Of a stretch of DNA of 64,000 nt, positions 48,388 through 62,031 are shown piece after piece. The DNA is from Squalus acanthias (taxonomy: Eukaryota). Positions within the stretch are counted from its first letter, which is position 1. Every line of letters begins with the position of its first letter. The position numbers and the translations under genes were made by a program. The stretch lies in contig CM059432.1 in the NCBI GenBank assembly GCA_030390025.1, positions 117,864,001 to 117,928,000 on the forward strand, in the 5' to 3' direction. Under the pieces are notes generated by a model. The model was not told the DNA's origin. It ran no database searches and saw only the letters and a list, made by a program, of their open reading frames with translations.

Positions 48388-51297
48388 CCACGGGAAAAGT
48401 GATCCATCTGTGGCTAGCTAAAGAAGTTAAGGATTAAAAGAAGAGGCTTAAAATGTTGCGAAGAATAATAGTAAGCCTAAGGATTGGAAGAGCTTTAGAA
48501 ACCAGCAAAGGATGACCAAAAAATTGATAAAAAGGGAGAAAATACAATGAGAGTAAACCAGCAAGAAATATAAAAACAGATTGTAAGAGCTTCTACAAGT
48601 ATGTAAAAAGGAAGAGAGTAGCAAAAGTAGGCGTTGGTCCCTTAGAGGCTGAGACAGGTGAAATTATAATGGGGAATAAGGAAATGGCAGAAACGTTAAA
48701 CAAATATTTTGTATCTGTCTTCACAGTAGAAGACACAAAAAGCATACCAAATAGACTGGGGAACCAAGGGGCTAATAAGAGTGAGGAACTTAAAGTAATT
48801 AATATCAGTAGAGAAAAAAGTACTTGATAAACTAATGGGACTAAAAGCCGACAAATCCCCTGGACCTGACAGCCTACATCCTAGGGTTCTAAAAGAGGTG
48901 GCTGAAGAGATAGTGGATGCATTGGTTGTAATCTTCCAAAATTCCCTAGATTCTAGAATGGTCCCAGCAGATTGGAAGGTAGCAAATGTAACACTGCTTT
49001 TCAAGAAAGGGGGGAGAGAGAAAATAGGGAACTACAGGCGAGTTAACCTGACATCAGTAGTAGGGAAAATGTTAGAATCCATTATCAAGGAAGTGGTAAC
49101 AGGGCACTTAGAAAATAATAATAGGATTAGGCAGAGACAACATGGTTTTATGAAAGGGAAATCATGTTTAACAAATTTATTAGAGTTTTTGAGGATGTAA
49201 CTAACAGGGTAGGTAAAGGGGAACCAGTGGATGTAGTATATTTGGATTTCCAAAAGGTATTCGATAAGGTGCCACGTAAAAGGTTGTTGCACAAGATAAG
49301 GGCTCATGGGATTGGGAGTAATATATTAGCATGGATAGAGAATTGGTTAACGGACAGAAAACAGAGAGTAGGGATAAATTTGTCATTTTTAGATAGGCAG
49401 GGTGTAACTAGTGTGGTGCCGCAAGGATTAGTGCTTGGGTCTCAGCTATTTGCAATCTATATCAATGACTTAGATGAAGGGACTGAGTGCAATGTATCCA
49501 AGTTTGCTGACAATACAAAACTAGGTGGGAAAGTAAGATGTGAGGAGACAACAAAGAGCCTGCAAAGGGATATAGACAGGTTAAGTGAGTGGGCCATAAG
49601 ATGGCTGATGGAGTATAATGTGGGGAAATCTGAGGTTATTCATTTTGGAAGGAAGAATAGAAAACAGAATATTTTTTAAATGGTGAGAAACTATTAAATG
49701 CTGGTGTTCAGAGAGATTTAGGTGTCCTCGTACAGGAAACACAGAGGCTGAAATTTTCCCCTAAAAAAAAAAGGGTGGATTTGGTGCGTGGGGGGCAGCT
49801 AAAGTGTTAAAAATGGGATTCCTGACCTGATCCCGACTCCAACCCGCCCACTTCCGGTTTTAACGGAGGTGGGATGGGGGGCGGGCGACTAACCCCATCC
49901 CAGGGGCCGGTATACCAATTTAAATATTATACTGAGGCTGGGAGCCTCTTTTTCCCCCGTCCATTTTGTGTTTAACTGCCTGTGGACGGGTCATGAAACC
50001 AAGCAGTTAAACCAAGGCAGGGACTGCTGCATCCAGGAGGTAAGTGGCTTTATACCTACCTCCTGGATTCAGGGTCCCGACCATACCCAGCCCCCGCGAG
50101 GCCGCCAATCGCCTTCCCAGGCTTCCGATCCCCACCATGAGGCCTCCTCCCGCCCCCGCCAGACCTCCCCCCGCCAGGCCTCCCCCGCCACGATGATAAT
50201 GAGGCCGGCCATGATCCTCCGGCAACCGACCCCGATCCTTTCATCCCCTGCTGAACCCCGGCCAAATCCCCAGCCTCCGCGATCACCAGCTGACCCCCTC
50301 TCCCAATTAACGTCCCCCGCCGATGGTCTCTCCCACCCCCCCCACCCCCCGCGATCCCCGACCCCTGCCGATTGCCAATCCTCCTCCCTCGATCCCTCCC
50401 CCGGACCGGCCCCTCACTTCTGAGGTCCACCCGCACGCAGCCACCCAGCCTCTCAAGCTGGCTAGCTGCAAACGGGAATCCGAGGCCTCATATTCAAATC
50501 TGACCCTGCCGATAAAGTCAGCAAGGCCTGTGGGAAACTTGGCCTCCCGGGTTTCCCGCCCACCTTGGAGGCCCCCCACCCCCAACCCGCCTCCCTTGAG
50601 AAAATTCCGGCCAGAAAGCTAGCATGCAGGTACAGCAAGCAATAAGGAAGGCAGATGGCATGTTGGCCTTTATTGCAAGGGGGTTGGAGTTCAAGAGTAA
50701 GGACGTCTTGCTACAATTGTACAGGGCTTTGGTGAGACCACACCTGGAGTACCGTGCACAGTTTTGGTCTCCTTATCTGAGGAAGGATATACTTGCCTTG
50801 GAGGCGGTGTAACAAAGGTTCACTAAATTGATTCCTAGGATGAGAGGGTTGTCCTATGATGACAGATTGAGTAGATTGGGCCTATACTCTCTGGAGTTTA
50901 GAAGAATGAGAGGCGATCTCATTGAAACATATAAGATACTGAGGGAGATTGACAGGTTAGATACTGAGAGGTTGTTTCCCCTGGCTGGAGAGTCTAGAAC
51001 TAGTCTCAGGATAAGGGGTCGGACATTTAAGACTGAGATGAGAAGGAATTTCTTCACTCAGAGGGTTGTGAATCTTTGGAATTCTCTATCTCAAAGGGCT
51101 GTGAATGCTGAGTCTTTGAGCATATTCAAGGCTAAGATAGATTGATTGTTGGACTCTGGGTGAATCAAGGGATATGGAGATCGGGCAGGAAAGTGGAGTT
51201 GAGGTCGAAGATCAGCCATGATCTTATTGAATGGCAGAGCAGGCTTGAAGGGCTGTGTGGCCTACTCCTGCTCCTAATTCTTATGTTCTTATGTTCT
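48388..51297 (+). mobile_element. CR1 LINE, 5'-truncated, interrupted by a MITE
   Basis: SPGPDSLHPRVLKE, QHGFMKGKSCLTNL, KFADNTKL, RPHLEY. (TTCTTATG)n tail. Confidence 0.95.
49746..50612. mobile_element. Harbinger-type MITE
   Basis: TIRs GGCTGAAATTTT and AAAATTCCGGCC, 3-bp TSD AGA. The CR1 frame rejoins across it. Confidence 0.85.
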
Positions 51298-51345
51298 TAA
51301 GCCGGCTCCAATGTTCCAACTTCCGGGTTTAACGTAGCTGCATTT

Positions 51346-51735
51346 TAGAAACATAGAAACATAGAAAAATAGGAGCAGGAGTAGGCAATTCGGCCCTTCG
51401 AGCCTGCTCCGCCATTCAACATGATCATGGCTGATCCTCTATCTCAATACCATATTCCTGTTCTCTCTCCATACCCCTTGATGCCTTTTGTGTTTAGAAA
51501 TCTATCTATCTCCTTCTTAAATATATTCAGTGACTTGGCCTCCACAGCCTTCTGTGGTAGAGAATTCCACAGATTCACCACCCTCTGAGTGAAGAAATTT
51601 CTCCTCATCTCAGTCCTAAATGTCCTACCCCATATCCTGAGACTGTAACCCCTCGTTCTAGACCCCTCAGCCAGGGGAAAGATCTTCCCTGCATCCAGTC
51701 TGTCTAGCCCTGTCAGAATTTTATACGTTTCAATG
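51346..51735 (-). mobile_element. CR1 LINE 3' fragment
   Basis: (TAGAAACA)n tail, IETYKILTGLDRLDAG. Confidence 0.9.
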
Positions 51736-51739
51736 ATTC

Positions 51740-52905
51740 TGCTGGTTGTGCGAACCCCCCAGCTAGTGAGTTGGGTTAGCAATTTAAATGTATTAATCAA
51801 TCAATTCCAGTGATATTTTAACGTATATTTAAATTTATCAACGCATCCAGGGGTTTCCCGGGCTTCCAGAAACTCGCCATTGAAACCAAGGCGAGAACAC
51901 AACAGCAATTCACGAGGCTCATTAAAAGTCAGGAAAATACGCCAATAAATATTCAGTGCTCACAGTTGCTTTCTTGCCTCCCACTGGGATAGGGCTTGTT
52001 GAGACTTCTTCAGGTGCAAGGGTCATTTCTGCACTTTAGAGGTATTGAGACTCAAGATCAGGATGGGTGGCACCGATCTTAGATTGGACCTCGAACGAGG
52101 AGCAGGAAGACGATTAGCAGCAGCAAAAGGCTGCTGTGGAGAGACTTGTAGTTGGTCAATAGAGAGGGGTCAAACTCGCAGGAGGCACTAGCCACGTAAC
52201 AGGGTGTACAAGCAGAGGCTCAGCCTCCTTGACCTCTCGGAAGAGCAGTGCTTCCGGAGGCTGAGATTGTCGTATCAGGTGGTGGCAGACATTTGCAGCC
52301 TCCTAGAGGAAGACCTGCACCCCGCTGGACCTGGTGGACATGCTTTATCACTGGCTGTGAAGGTGACATCCGCCCTCAACCTCCGAATCCTTCCAGGGCT
52401 CTGCTGGAGACAAGTTCAGCATCTCGCAGTCGGCGGCACACAAATGCATAAGACAGGCGACTGATGGTTTTTTTGACAGGGCCGGCAATTATGTCAACTT
52501 CGCCTGCGATGACGCCAGTCAGAATGAGCAGGCGCTCGGATTTGCGACTCTGGCTGGCTTCCCACAGGTGCAGGGTGTCATCGAATGCACACATGGCAAT
52601 CAGCACACTCTTAGATCAACCAGGAGTATTCATAAATCGCAAGGGCTTCCACTCCATCAATGTGAAGCTGGTGTGCAACCACAAGAAAAGGTTTATGCAG
52701 GTGTACAGATTCCAGGGGAGCTGCCATGATGCTTTCATCCTGTGGCAGTCCAAGCTCCCTGATGTCTTTGGACCTGCAAGCAGACTTAAGAGGTGGCTGC
52801 TAGGAGACAAAGGATACCCCCTTCAAACTTGGCTGATGACAACCATGAGAAACCCAACCAATAAAGCCCAAGAGCAGTACAACGAAAGCCATCTGATCAC
52901 CAGGT
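51740..52905 (+). pseudogene. Degenerate Harbinger transposase region (same subfamily as 7498-10209)
   Basis: [50 protein letters not shown]. Confidence 0.85.
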
Positions 52906-54011
52906 GTCTACCTCCAACCCCCCGCGATCAACCCCAACCCTACAAGCCACTCTGTACCCAGCACCCCCCACCCCACTTCGCGATCTCTACCCCAGCAGCA
53001 CGAACTTACCTGCTCCTGGGCTATGGACTCTGCTGCAGTGTTCCCCGCCGCTCAGGAAGCCAAGCCTGTCAATCATCTCATACAATGGTATTGTACTTCT
53101 TTGCCATATCTAGAACCATGGCCTTTTTTTGAAGGATGAATTGGCAACATATTTGATATTGACTGGGCAAATCAAGAAACAGTTTACAGCTGTCTTTGAG
53201 TAGGTAATTATACCAGTGCTGGCTGACACACATAGTTGAAAAGGCTGACATAGATCTCCCCCAATGATATAATGGGTAATGCCACCCTTCAGTGTAACAA
53301 AGGCGCAGTGAAGATACGGTATCCCGACACTGTGAAAAAAAAGGAAGTACAGCTGCATCATTTAAAAGAAAAGAAAAACAAAGGCACACAAGAAGTTGAC
53401 GCATACTTAATCATCGACGACCTGCCATTGCCTAGAAGTACTTGGGAAAGAGCAACTCAAATGGTATGTTAGGCACATGCTATAATTGCCATTGAATGAG
53501 CAGTTTACTAAGACTGATTGAACCTGTTGTTCTGGGGGAACAAAAGCTCACAGAGCAACTTAATTCCGGCAACAGGCTGGTCCTGTGGATGTTGGGTCGA
53601 TAAATAGTACTCTGCTCGCTATTAGGCTCCAATACACTCTGTGCTCATTAAAACTGAGAACAGCCATTGTGACTACATTCTCACACTCCAAATGGGCATC
53701 GTGCCCGATCTCATATCTGTTGTGGGACTCTTCGTGATGAAAAAGCTCAATAGCACTTTGTACATCACCTCTCTCAACAAATTGTTGAAAGCACCTTGAG
53801 TTTATTGCAGCAATATTCCAAACCACTCTGCGAAACCATTTATTGCATCATCCAGGGCTCAGGTCCAGTCTCCTGTGGATGAAGTAACACTTTGAGAGAA
53901 CCATGACAAAAAACAAGGCTAAAGGGCAAAGATGCGGAAACATTAAAATGTACGATTTTAATGTAAAAGTGGATGGCAGATCAGTGTGTGTTCTGCCAGC
54001 AAATTGCAGTG

Positions 54012-54360
54012 AATTTACAGCACAGAAACTGGCCATTCGGCCCAACAGGTCCATGCCGGTGTTTATGCTCCACATGAGACTCCTCCCACCCTTCTTCATC
54101 TCACCCCATCAACATATCCTTCTATTCCTTTCACCCTCATGTGTTTATCTAGCTTCCCCTTAACTGCATCTGTGCTAGTCGCCTCAACCACTGCCTGTGG
54201 TAGCGAGTTCCACATTCTAACAACACGCTGGGTAATGAAGTTTCTCCTGAATTCCCTGCTGGAGTTATTAGTGACTAGCTTATATTTATGTCCCTAGTAG
54301 AGGTCTCCCCTGCAAGTGGAAACATCTTCTCCATGACTACCCAATCAAACCCGTTCAGAA
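54012..54360 (-). mobile_element. CR1 LINE 3' fragment
   Basis: Reverse CR1 tail (ggccattcggcccaac) and WN.L-type RT C-terminus. Confidence 0.75.
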
Positions 54361-55074
54361 TACTTCCAATTTGCAGTGTTACAGCTGAAAGCAGCAGGAA
54401 GTCGGTGAAGATAAAATGTTACTGGTCAGTAACAGTGCAGCCTTGGGCCAGTAAGTGTACTTGGTCGATTTTAATCCTTCCCAAGCACCCTCTCCCACCA
54501 GGCGGGTTGGGGGCGGCGGGGGGCTGGGAGGGGGGGGGGGGTGGTGCGGGGGGAGGCGGTTAAAATTGACCCCATTGTATCTATATTTCCAGTAGAGGCT
54601 TCACATTTATTGAGTTTTTCCAAGATTATTGCTTTGATGTGGTATCTACTGGATAGTGCCCTTGTTGTGTTGAAACACTTGAGCCTGAAATTTCCTCTCC
54701 TGTGTTTTAATGAAGATGTTAATCCTTTTAACATAATCACCTTGCTACCTCTGTTAAAATATCTGAAAGAGGAATTTGATACAAATGCATTACTGACAGG
54801 TCTTTATCCCAAATAATATATTGTCTCATATCTGTTCAAGAGAAGGAATAAGTTAAAATGTTGTGAACTCTGAAATCAATTAAGAAAAATACGGTCTAGC
54901 AAAATGAAGTAACTCCTCACCCACCAAGACTGGAAATGCTGCCAGATTAGCTGAATGCTGTGTGGATCACTATAACCACAAGAAGCACAGTAAATCAAAC
55001 CATACCAAGCCCCAGCCCCCAGTGCGAACATACTATGAAACGTCTAAATAGAAAAATAGTTATTGAACAAAGTG

Positions 55075-58000
55075 GGTACGGTAGCATAGTGGTTATGTTA
55101 CTGGACTAGTAATCTAAACTAATAATTCCAGAGATGCATGTTCAAATCCCACCCCGGCAGCTGGGTAATTAAAATGTAGTTAATTGAATAAACTGGAATG
55201 ATTAGGAAAAAGCTAGTATCAGTGACCATGAAACTATTGGAATGTCATAAAAACTCATCTGGTTCACTAATGTCCTTTAAGGAAGGAAATCTATCATCTT
55301 TACCCTGTCTGGCCTATATGTGACTCAACATATGCGACCCACAGCAATGTGATTGACTCTTAACTGCCCTCTGAAATGGCCTAGCAAACCACTCAGTTGT
55401 ATTAAATCGCTACGAAAAACAATAATAAGAATATAACCGGATGGACCACCCGGCAACGACGTAGACACGACAACGGCACACCCAGCCTGGTCAATCCTGC
55501 AAAGTTTTCCTCACTAACATCTGGGGACTTGTGCCAAAATTGGGAGAGCTGTCTCAGAGACTAGTCAAGCAACAGCCTGACATAGTCATACTCACAGAAT
55601 AGAAACATAGAAGATAGGAGCAGGAGTAGGCCATTCGGCCCCTCGAACCTGCTCCGCCATTTAATGAGATCATGGCTGATCATCCAAATTCAGTACCCTG
55701 TCCCTGCTTTCTCCCCATATCCCTTGATCCCTTTAGCCTTAAGAAACATATCCAACTCCTTCTTGAATATATTTAATGAATTGGCCTCAACTGCCTTCTG
55801 TGGTAGAGAATTCCACAGGTTCACCACTCTCTGGGTGAAGAAATTCCTCCTCATCTCAGTCCTAAATGGCTTACCCCTTATCCTTAGACTGTGACCTCTG
55901 GTTCTGCACTCCCCTGACATCAGGAACATCCTTCCTGCATCTAGTTTGTCTAGTCCTGTTAGAATTTTATAAGTTTCAATGAGATCCCTCTCATTCTTCC
56001 AAACTCTAGCGAATACAAGCCCAATCATCCCAATCTCTCTTCATACATCATTCCTGCCATCCCAGGTATCAGTCTGGTGAATCTTCACTGCACTCCTTCC
56101 ATGGCAAGAACATCCTTCCTCAGATAAGGCGACCAAAACTGCACACAATACTCAAGGTGTGGTCTCAGCAAGGCCCTGTACAACTGCAGCAAGACATCTT
56201 TGCTCCTGTACTCGAATCCTCTCGCTATGAAGGCCAACATACCATTTGCCTTCTTAACCGCCTGCTGCACCTGCATGCTTACCTTCAACGACTGGTGCAC
56301 AAGGACTCCCAGGTCTCATTGCCCTTCCCCGTTTCCCAATCTATTGCCATTCAGATAATAATCTGCCTTCCTGTTTTTGCCACCAAAGTGGATAACCTTG
56401 CATTTATCCACATTATACTGCATCTGCCCAATCACCCAACTTGTCCAAATCATACTGGAGTTTCTCTGCATCCTCCTCACAACACACACGCCCACCCAGC
56501 TTCATAATCATACCTTTCTGACAATGTCCCAAATTCCTCCATCACCATCCCTGGGTATGTCCATCAGAGGTGGCAGCACAGTGGTATACAGTCGGGAGTG
56601 AGTGGCCCTGGGAGTCCTCAACATTAACTCTGGTCCCCATGAAGCCTCATGGCTTCAGGTCAAGCATGGTCAAGGAAACCTCCTGCTGATTACCACCTAC
56701 CGCCCTCCCTCAGCTGATGAATCAGTACTCCTCCATGTTGAACACCACTTGGAAGAAGCACTGAGGGTAACAAGGGCACAGAATGTACTCTGGATGGGGG
56801 ACTTTAATTTCCATCACCAAGAGTGGCTCGGTAGCACCACTACTGACCGAGCTGGCTGATTCCTGAAGGACATAGCTGCCAGACTGGGCCTGCGGCAGGT
56901 GGTGAGAGAAACAACAGTAGGGTAAAACCTACTTGACCTCATCCTCACCAATCTACCTGTCGCAGATGCATCTGTCCATGACAACGTTGGTAGCAGTGAC
57001 CACCGCACAGTCATTGTGGAGACAAAGTCCCGTCTTCACACTGAGGACACCCTCCATCGTGTTGTGTGGCTCTACCACCATGCTAAATGGGATAGATTCA
57101 GAACAGATCTAGCAACTCAATACTGGGCATCCAAGAGGCACTGTGAGCCATCAGCAGCAGCAGAATTGTATTCCATCACAATCTGTAACCTCATGGGCCA
57201 GCATTTCCCTCACATTACCATCAAGCCAGGGGAGTAACCCTGGTTCATTGAGGTGTGCAGCAGAGCATGCCAAGAGCAGCACCAGGCAAACCTAAAAATG
57301 AGGTGCCAACCTGGGGAAGCTGCAAAACAGGACAACATGCATGCTAAACAGCGGAAGCAGCATGTTGTTGACAGAGTTAAGCGATCCCACAATCAACGGA
57401 TCAGATCAAAGCTCTGCAGTCCTGCCACATCCAGTCGTGAATGGTGGTGGACAATTAAACAACTAACGGGAGGAGAAGGCTCCATGAATATCCCCATCCT
57501 CAATAATGGTGGAGCCCAGCATGCGAGTGCAAAAGACAAGGCTGAAGCGCTTGCAACCATCTTCAGCCAGAAGTGCCGAGTGGATGATTCATATCGACCT
57601 CCTCCTGAGGTCCCCACCATCAGAGAAGCCAGTCTTCAGCCAATTCGATTCACTCCATGTGATATCAAGAAATGGCTGAGCGTACTGGATACAGCAAAGG
57701 CTATGGGCCCCGACAACATCCTGGCTGTTGTGCTGAAGACTTGTGCTCCAGAATTAGTCGTGCTTCTAGCCAAGCTGTTCCAGTACAGCTACAACACTGA
57801 CATCTACCCAACAATGTGGAAAACAGCCCAGGTATGTCCTGTTCACAAAAAGCAGGACAAATCCAATCTGGCCAATTACCACCCCATCAGTCTACTCTCA
57901 ATCATCAGCAAAGTGATGGAAGGTGTCATCGACAATGCTATCAAGTGGCACTTACTCACCTATAACCTGCTCACCGATGCTCAGTTTAGATTCCACCAGG

Positions 58001-59155
58001 ACCACTCGGCTCCAGACCTCATTAACATGGACAAAAGAACTGAATTCCAGAGGTGAGGTGAGAGTGACTGCCCTTGACATCAAGGCAGCATTTGACCAAG
58101 TGTGGCATCAAGGAGCCCTATAAAATTGAATTCAGTAAGAATCAGGGGGGAAATTCTCCACTGGCTGGAGTCATATCTAGCACAAAGGAAGATGGTTGTG
58201 TTTGTTGGAGGTCAGTCATCTCAGCCCCAGGACATCGCTGCAGGAGTTCCTCAGGGCAGTGTCCTGGACCCAACCATCTTCAGCTGCTTCATCAATGACC
58301 TTCCCTCAATCATAAGGTCAGAAGTGGGGATGTTTGCTGATGACTGCACAGTGTTCAGTTCCATTCACAACTCCTCAGATACTGAAGCAGTCCATGCCTG
58401 CATGCAGCAAGGCCTCAATGACATTCAGGCTTGTGCTGAATAGTGGCAAGTAACATTTGCGCCACACAAATGCCAGGCAATGACAATCTCCAACAAGCTA
58501 GAGTCTAACCACTGCCCCTTGACATTTAACGGCATTACCATTGCCGAATCCCCCCACCATCAACATCGTGGGGGTCACCATTGACTAGAAACATAACTGG
58601 ACCAGCCACATAAATACTGTGGCTACAAGAGCAGGTCAGAGGTTGGGTATTCTGTGGTAAGTGTCTGACCTCCTGACTCCCCAAAGCCTTTCCACCATCT
58701 ACAAGGCACAGGTCAGGAGTGTGATGGCATACTTTCCACTTGCCTGGATGAGTTCAGCTCCAAAAACATTCAAGAAGCTCGACACCATCCAGTACAAAGC
58801 AGCCCGCTTGATTGTCACCCCATCCACCACCTTAAACATTCACTCCCTTCACCACTGGCACACCGTGGCTGCAGTGTGTACCATCTACAGGATGCACTGC
58901 AGCAACTCACCAAGGCTTCTTCGACAGCACCTCCCAAATCCCCGCCCTCTTCCACCTAGACTTGGAAATATATCGCTGTTCCTTCATCATCGCTGGGTCA
59001 AAATCCTGGAACTCCCTCCCTAACAGCACGGTGGGAGTACCTTCACCACACAGACTGCAGTGGTTCAAGAAGGCGGCTCACCACCACCTTCTCAAGGGCA
59101 ATAAGGGATGGACAATAAACGTGATGCCCACATCCCAGGAACGAATAAAAAAAAA
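55075..59155 (+). mobile_element. tRNA-headed single-ORF LINE, copy 2 (full length, decayed, CR1 inserted in EN domain)
   Basis: Head GGTACGGTAGCATAGTGG..GTTCAAATCC. EN and RT motifs [48 protein letters not shown] tail. Confidence 0.9.
55601..56502 (-). mobile_element. CR1 LINE 3' part inserted in the tRNA-headed LINE
   Basis: Very similar to 18030-18935. The host LINE reads through as ctcacagaat / aatcatacctttc. Confidence 0.95.
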
Positions 59156-60189
59156 CAAATGCATAGATTATACACACATGAACACTCATACACAAACCTA
59201 ACAAATTGCCCTGAATGCCTACCTGTGTTATGTAACATGTTCAAAACCCCTACAGCGGACAGAGATACTCTTCACTGCTGTCATAATGTCAATGAATCCT
59301 TCACAGAGCAATGTGCAGGCAACTTTCTGATGATCTACAATATCTGCAGTTGATGCATAGTAAAAAAAAACAGCTCTTTCAAGTGCTCTTACTGTTAGCA
59401 CCATTTGCATAGTGGAAATATTAGTAGCATTATACCAAACATCTGGCACCAATGTATCATAAAGGATGGCACAATACTAACACCACGCATACAGCATTGG
59501 CATAATCATCCACATTACTTCCTTGTAAGAAAGCTGTGGATTTCCTGCGACTTTCTGCTGCTGCGGTGCCGTAACTTCGGGAACATGGCGGAAACCCGAT
59601 TACATCGTAAGCCTGGCCTCCCCTACGCTTACTGTAAAGTTATGGCGACGCAGCACAGAAAATCTGAGGACATTCAGGGCTAAGCGCACTTTGTAATCAG
59701 GATCTTCCAGTTCACAATTCACCAATTCCCAATGAATTTTGAAGGTTCACTTACATTTTGATATTTTTAGCCAGAATCTATTTCGCCCTATTAATCCACT
59801 GACAATTATTCTTGTTATATAAAGCTTTGTATTTCGATTCCTGCCATACTTAACCTTTAAGTACTTAATACACTGCCAGTGGGTGCAAATGTTTTAGTCT
59901 CTGTCACTCTCATCTCCCACTCTGACGGCCACACACCAAAAAAATAGGGAAAATTATTCAAATTTATCATAAATTTGACATCATTTACAAAACCAATTGA
60001 CCCTGTAATACCATGAAATGGAGCATAAACAGACAAGTAATAAATCATGTCAGTGACTAATTAATGGGTTCAAGGATTCACCATGCAAATTACAGATGAA
60101 ACAATCGCATTGGGTGAGGTGTTCATGGTAGCAGTCAAGCTGCAATAAAATGAAAAAAGTAAATATTTGGAACAAAGTAGCAACAAATC

Positions 60190-60582
60190 AGCAACAACAA
60201 CAATACCTTACAGTGATATAGCACCTTTAACATAGCAAAACGTCACAAAGTGCTTCACAGGAGCGTTAGCAAACAACATTTGACACCGAGCCACGTAAGA
60301 TGATATTAGGGCAGATAACCAAAAGCTTGGTCAAAGTGGTAGGTTTTAAGGAGCGTCTGAAAGGAGGTAAGAGAGGTCGAGAGGCAGAGAGGTTTAAAAG
60401 GAAATTCCAGAGCTTTGGGCCTAGGCAGCTGAAGGCACGGCCACCAATGGTTGAAAATCAGGGAAGCACAGGCCAGAATTGGAGGAGCGCAGAGATCTTG
60501 GAGGTTGTAGGGCTGGAGGTGTTACAGAGATAGGGAGGGGCGAGGCCCTGGAGGGATTTGAAAACAAGGATGAAAATTTTAA
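60190..60582 (-). mobile_element. L2 LINE 3' fragment
   Basis: Reverse complement of the L2 end seen at 14990-15390. Confidence 0.85.
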
Positions 60583-61081
60583 AGAGGAAAAAAACACAAT
60601 AAACCATCAAATATTGCCCATGGGATGGCTCTATTGGTTATCTGTTATTCAGTGTGAAACTCAGCCTTACAGAGAAGTTGGGTTCCTGGCCTGCACTGAA
60701 TTAGCTAATCTCAACCAGCGTGGCAAGAGGAATATTAGAATTGGCCTCAATTTCCCTTGATGAGAGAGGGGAATAAAACTAGTCAGAATCCCCAATCCTG
60801 ATCACTATAACCCTCTAATTAGGCCTATAATTTAAGCCTCTCCTATAAAAAAGGCAACATTTCTGGAACTGTATCTCAGCAAAAGTGAGCACCTTCAGGA
60901 GAGGGTGAGAAAAAATATTTAATCTTAATGTCCCAGCGTGAGGAACGGTTTGTGTTTGGCTCTGACTAGACGAAGGTTCGGTCACATAGTCTGGTGACAA
61001 ATGCTGTTTATGGTCACACTAGAAGAGCTTAGGGAGAATTGAAAATCCCATAGGAAGAATTAGGTCAGAAGTTACCATTTA

Positions 61082-62031
61082 CATCTAAGGGTTTTACATG
61101 TGACATGTTAGGCTTGGGAGTCATCCTCTACACAGTGACTCATTTACATTGTGACAGGCAGTGGTATAATGCAGTACTTCAAAGGTCTGTGAACTGTTAA
61201 CACACTTGGAAGACCACACAGGCATGACATTCAATATTCTGACCACTGTTGAGCTATTTCTAGAACAGTATGGTTAGCTCCATTCAGTATCAGTGAACCC
61301 AGTAAAAGTAACTGATACTTATATAATAACAACATTAAATTTTCAAATTATGTTCTTAGCCGCATGGCCGAGGGAATAAGCTCCTTTGCTTTGTCTTTAT
61401 TGAGCTAGACAAATACACCAACATTGTAACTAAAGAAGCCTTAATGTTACTGACCATGAGACAAGATAGAAGAAACCCTTCCGTCTTTCATTGGGTGAGA
61501 AATTATTTTATCTCTGTAGAAGCCGTTACAATTTTATATTATCAAGACCAGAGAAAATAAAACCCTATTGGTTTAGCTATTTTACTTGTTCACCACTCTT
61601 GGTTGTACAATTCCATTATTATCTGCATTATGGTACAAATATTAATTGCATTCATTTGAAAGAATTAACACTCTGATTTTATCCTCTTCTACAAAAAAAG
61701 GCAACATTTCTGGAAGAGCAAGCACCTTTAGGAGAAGATGGTAAAACATATTAACTATTTAATAGCAAGTAATACATATTGGACCAATAAACGTTGCTTA
61801 GATGTAGGGCTGGTTTATGTTGCTTGCCTTTAGGGTCAGGATTTTGACATCAGCACGCTTCAGTACGCTTTCTAATCAAACAAATGAATGGGTGGACTTA
61901 AGACGTTTGAAGGTGATGTGATCTTCTCATCAAGTGACATGATGTTGTTAGACACCCTGCAAATGTTTGCACTTACCAGTAGTGCGATTTGCTGTTTAAG
62001 CCTAACACGTCACATGTAAAACCCTTAGATG
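61082..62031. mobile_element. Putative non-autonomous TIR element with TA flanks (Tc1/mariner-like)
   Basis: 37/38-nt inverted repeat at 61078-61115 and 61998-62035, TA on both sides. Confidence 0.5.

Noticed and set aside
53272..53826. Short ORFs, one followed by a GTATGT donor-like site
   Set aside because: No recognisable homology and no clear acceptor; unsupported without RNA data.
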